Positions 23,648-24,151 of a stretch of DNA of 24,151 nucleotides are shown here, in pieces. Source of the stretch: a virus. Position 1 is the first letter of the stretch, and every line of letters begins with the position of its first letter. The stretch is from positions 1-24,151 of IMG/VR virus record IMGVR_UViG_3300009701_000002; one strand, given 5' to 3'. Made by a program: the position numbers and the translations under genes. The notes under the pieces were generated by a model. That model made no database searches. It saw only the letters and a list, made by a program, of their open reading frames with translations, and was not told the origin of the DNA.

Positions 23648-24096
23648 ATCTTTCTCCTTATGATGCGTTCAAACTCATCCATTTCGTTAATCACTTCTAG
23701 TAACAACTCTTTGTAACCGTCGGCGGAGCGAGCGGCGACGGCGTAGACGGTGGCGGCGTAGGCGGCGGAGGCGGCGGAGGCGGCGGCGTAGGCGGTGGCG
23801 TCGTAGGCGGCGGTGGTGGAGGCGTAGGCGGCGTAGGCGGCGGAGCGAGCGGCGTAGGCGGCGTAGGCGGCGGCGTAGGCGGCGGCGGAGGCTTTTTTTA
23901 ATTCTTCTTCTGTAGCTTGGCCTTTAATATATTTTTCTACAACATCTAGAGTTTCAATTACGACTTTATTTAATTTTAGATTGATTGATTTTTTTAACCA
24001 ATGTCTTGATATTTTGATAAGCCATTTCCTTTGTTGGTTTTCGGTTAAGTCGTAAGCATAGTAGAGTTCCTCACAAGACATTTCTTCGTCTTTCAT
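23644..24096 (-). CDS. Hypervariable-core paralog P6 (150 aa); Ala/Tyr repeat core
   Basis: Conserved termini. The core is AAAYAAAYAAYAARSAAYAAYA.... Its ATG overlaps the stop of the duplicated P1 3' end (24093-24151). Confidence 0.85.
   Translation of the reverse strand: MKDEEMSCEELYYAYDLTENQQRKWLIKISRHWLKKSINLKLNKVVIETLDVVEKYIKGQATEEELKKASAAAYAAAYAAYAARSAAYAAYASTTAAYDATAYAAASAASAAYAATVYAVAARSADGYKELLLEVINEMDEFERIIRRKM
23716..23889 (-). repeat. GC-rich, triplet-periodic, imperfect tandem repeat encoding the Ala/Tyr core of P6
   Basis: The plus strand is built from reiterated gcggcgtaggcggc / ggcggagg units, inside otherwise AT-rich flanks. Confidence 0.8.
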
Positions 24097-24151
24097 GTCT
24101 TTCTCCTGATCTCTCGTTCGAATTCGTCCATTTCATTAATAACTTCTAATA
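24029..24151. repeat. Terminal direct repeat, copy 2 (identical to 1-123). Includes a duplicated partial 3' end of P1 (24093-24151, minus strand).
   Basis: Identical to 1-123 on direct reading. Confidence 0.9.

Noticed and set aside
412-23700. All plus-strand ORFs in the track, for example 806-1189, 7113-7646, 13108-13656 and 21845-22186.
   Set aside because: Each lies antisense inside a longer, motif-bearing minus-strand gene. None has an SD, and their compositions are typical of shadow frames.
23168-24096. A diversity-generating retroelement (DGR) as the source of paralog core variability.
   Set aside because: No reverse transcriptase ORF and no template repeat are visible anywhere in the window. 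The core differences are not adenine-specific substitutions but wholesale replacement.

Overview
The window is a phage-like replicon with every credible gene on the minus strand. The two ends are identical over 123 bp (1-123 = 24029-24151), so the unit length is 24,028 bp, either circular or terminally redundant.

Recognisable modules, in minus-strand order:
- Nucleotide-pool and replication genes: MazG-like pyrophosphohydrolase, HAD-like hydrolase, possible SSB, primase-polymerase/SF4 helicase fusion, and family A DNA polymerase.
- A sigma70-type promoter, followed by small genes.
- A head module: large terminase, portal, scaffold and major capsid protein.
- An accessory region.

Five things stand out:
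1. The major capsid gene is split by a 734-nt group I-like intron carrying an HNH endonuclease. I can read the P1 helix, the G-U wobble at the 5' splice site, the terminal G, and the restored reading frame directly from the sequence.
2. Capsid exon 1 also contains a 36-nt stop-containing gap between matched GATATT/GATATC codons. This is either a translational bypass or a leader ORF.
3. Six paralogous ~140-160 aa genes have near-identical N- and C-terminal coding blocks and hypervariable cores. Four of them form an overlap-coupled chain with a MoxR-type AAA+ ATPase and a VWA/HExxH protein.
4. Three strictly phased pentamer arrays, (NNAAC)n on the plus strand and (GUUNN)n in the mRNA, have 19, 10 and 8 units. 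They punctuate a two-gene operon whose Shine-Dalgarno sites sit in covarying hairpins.
5. No tail, lysis-enzyme or RNA polymerase genes are recognisable.

All functional calls come from motifs I could read by eye. No database search was run.
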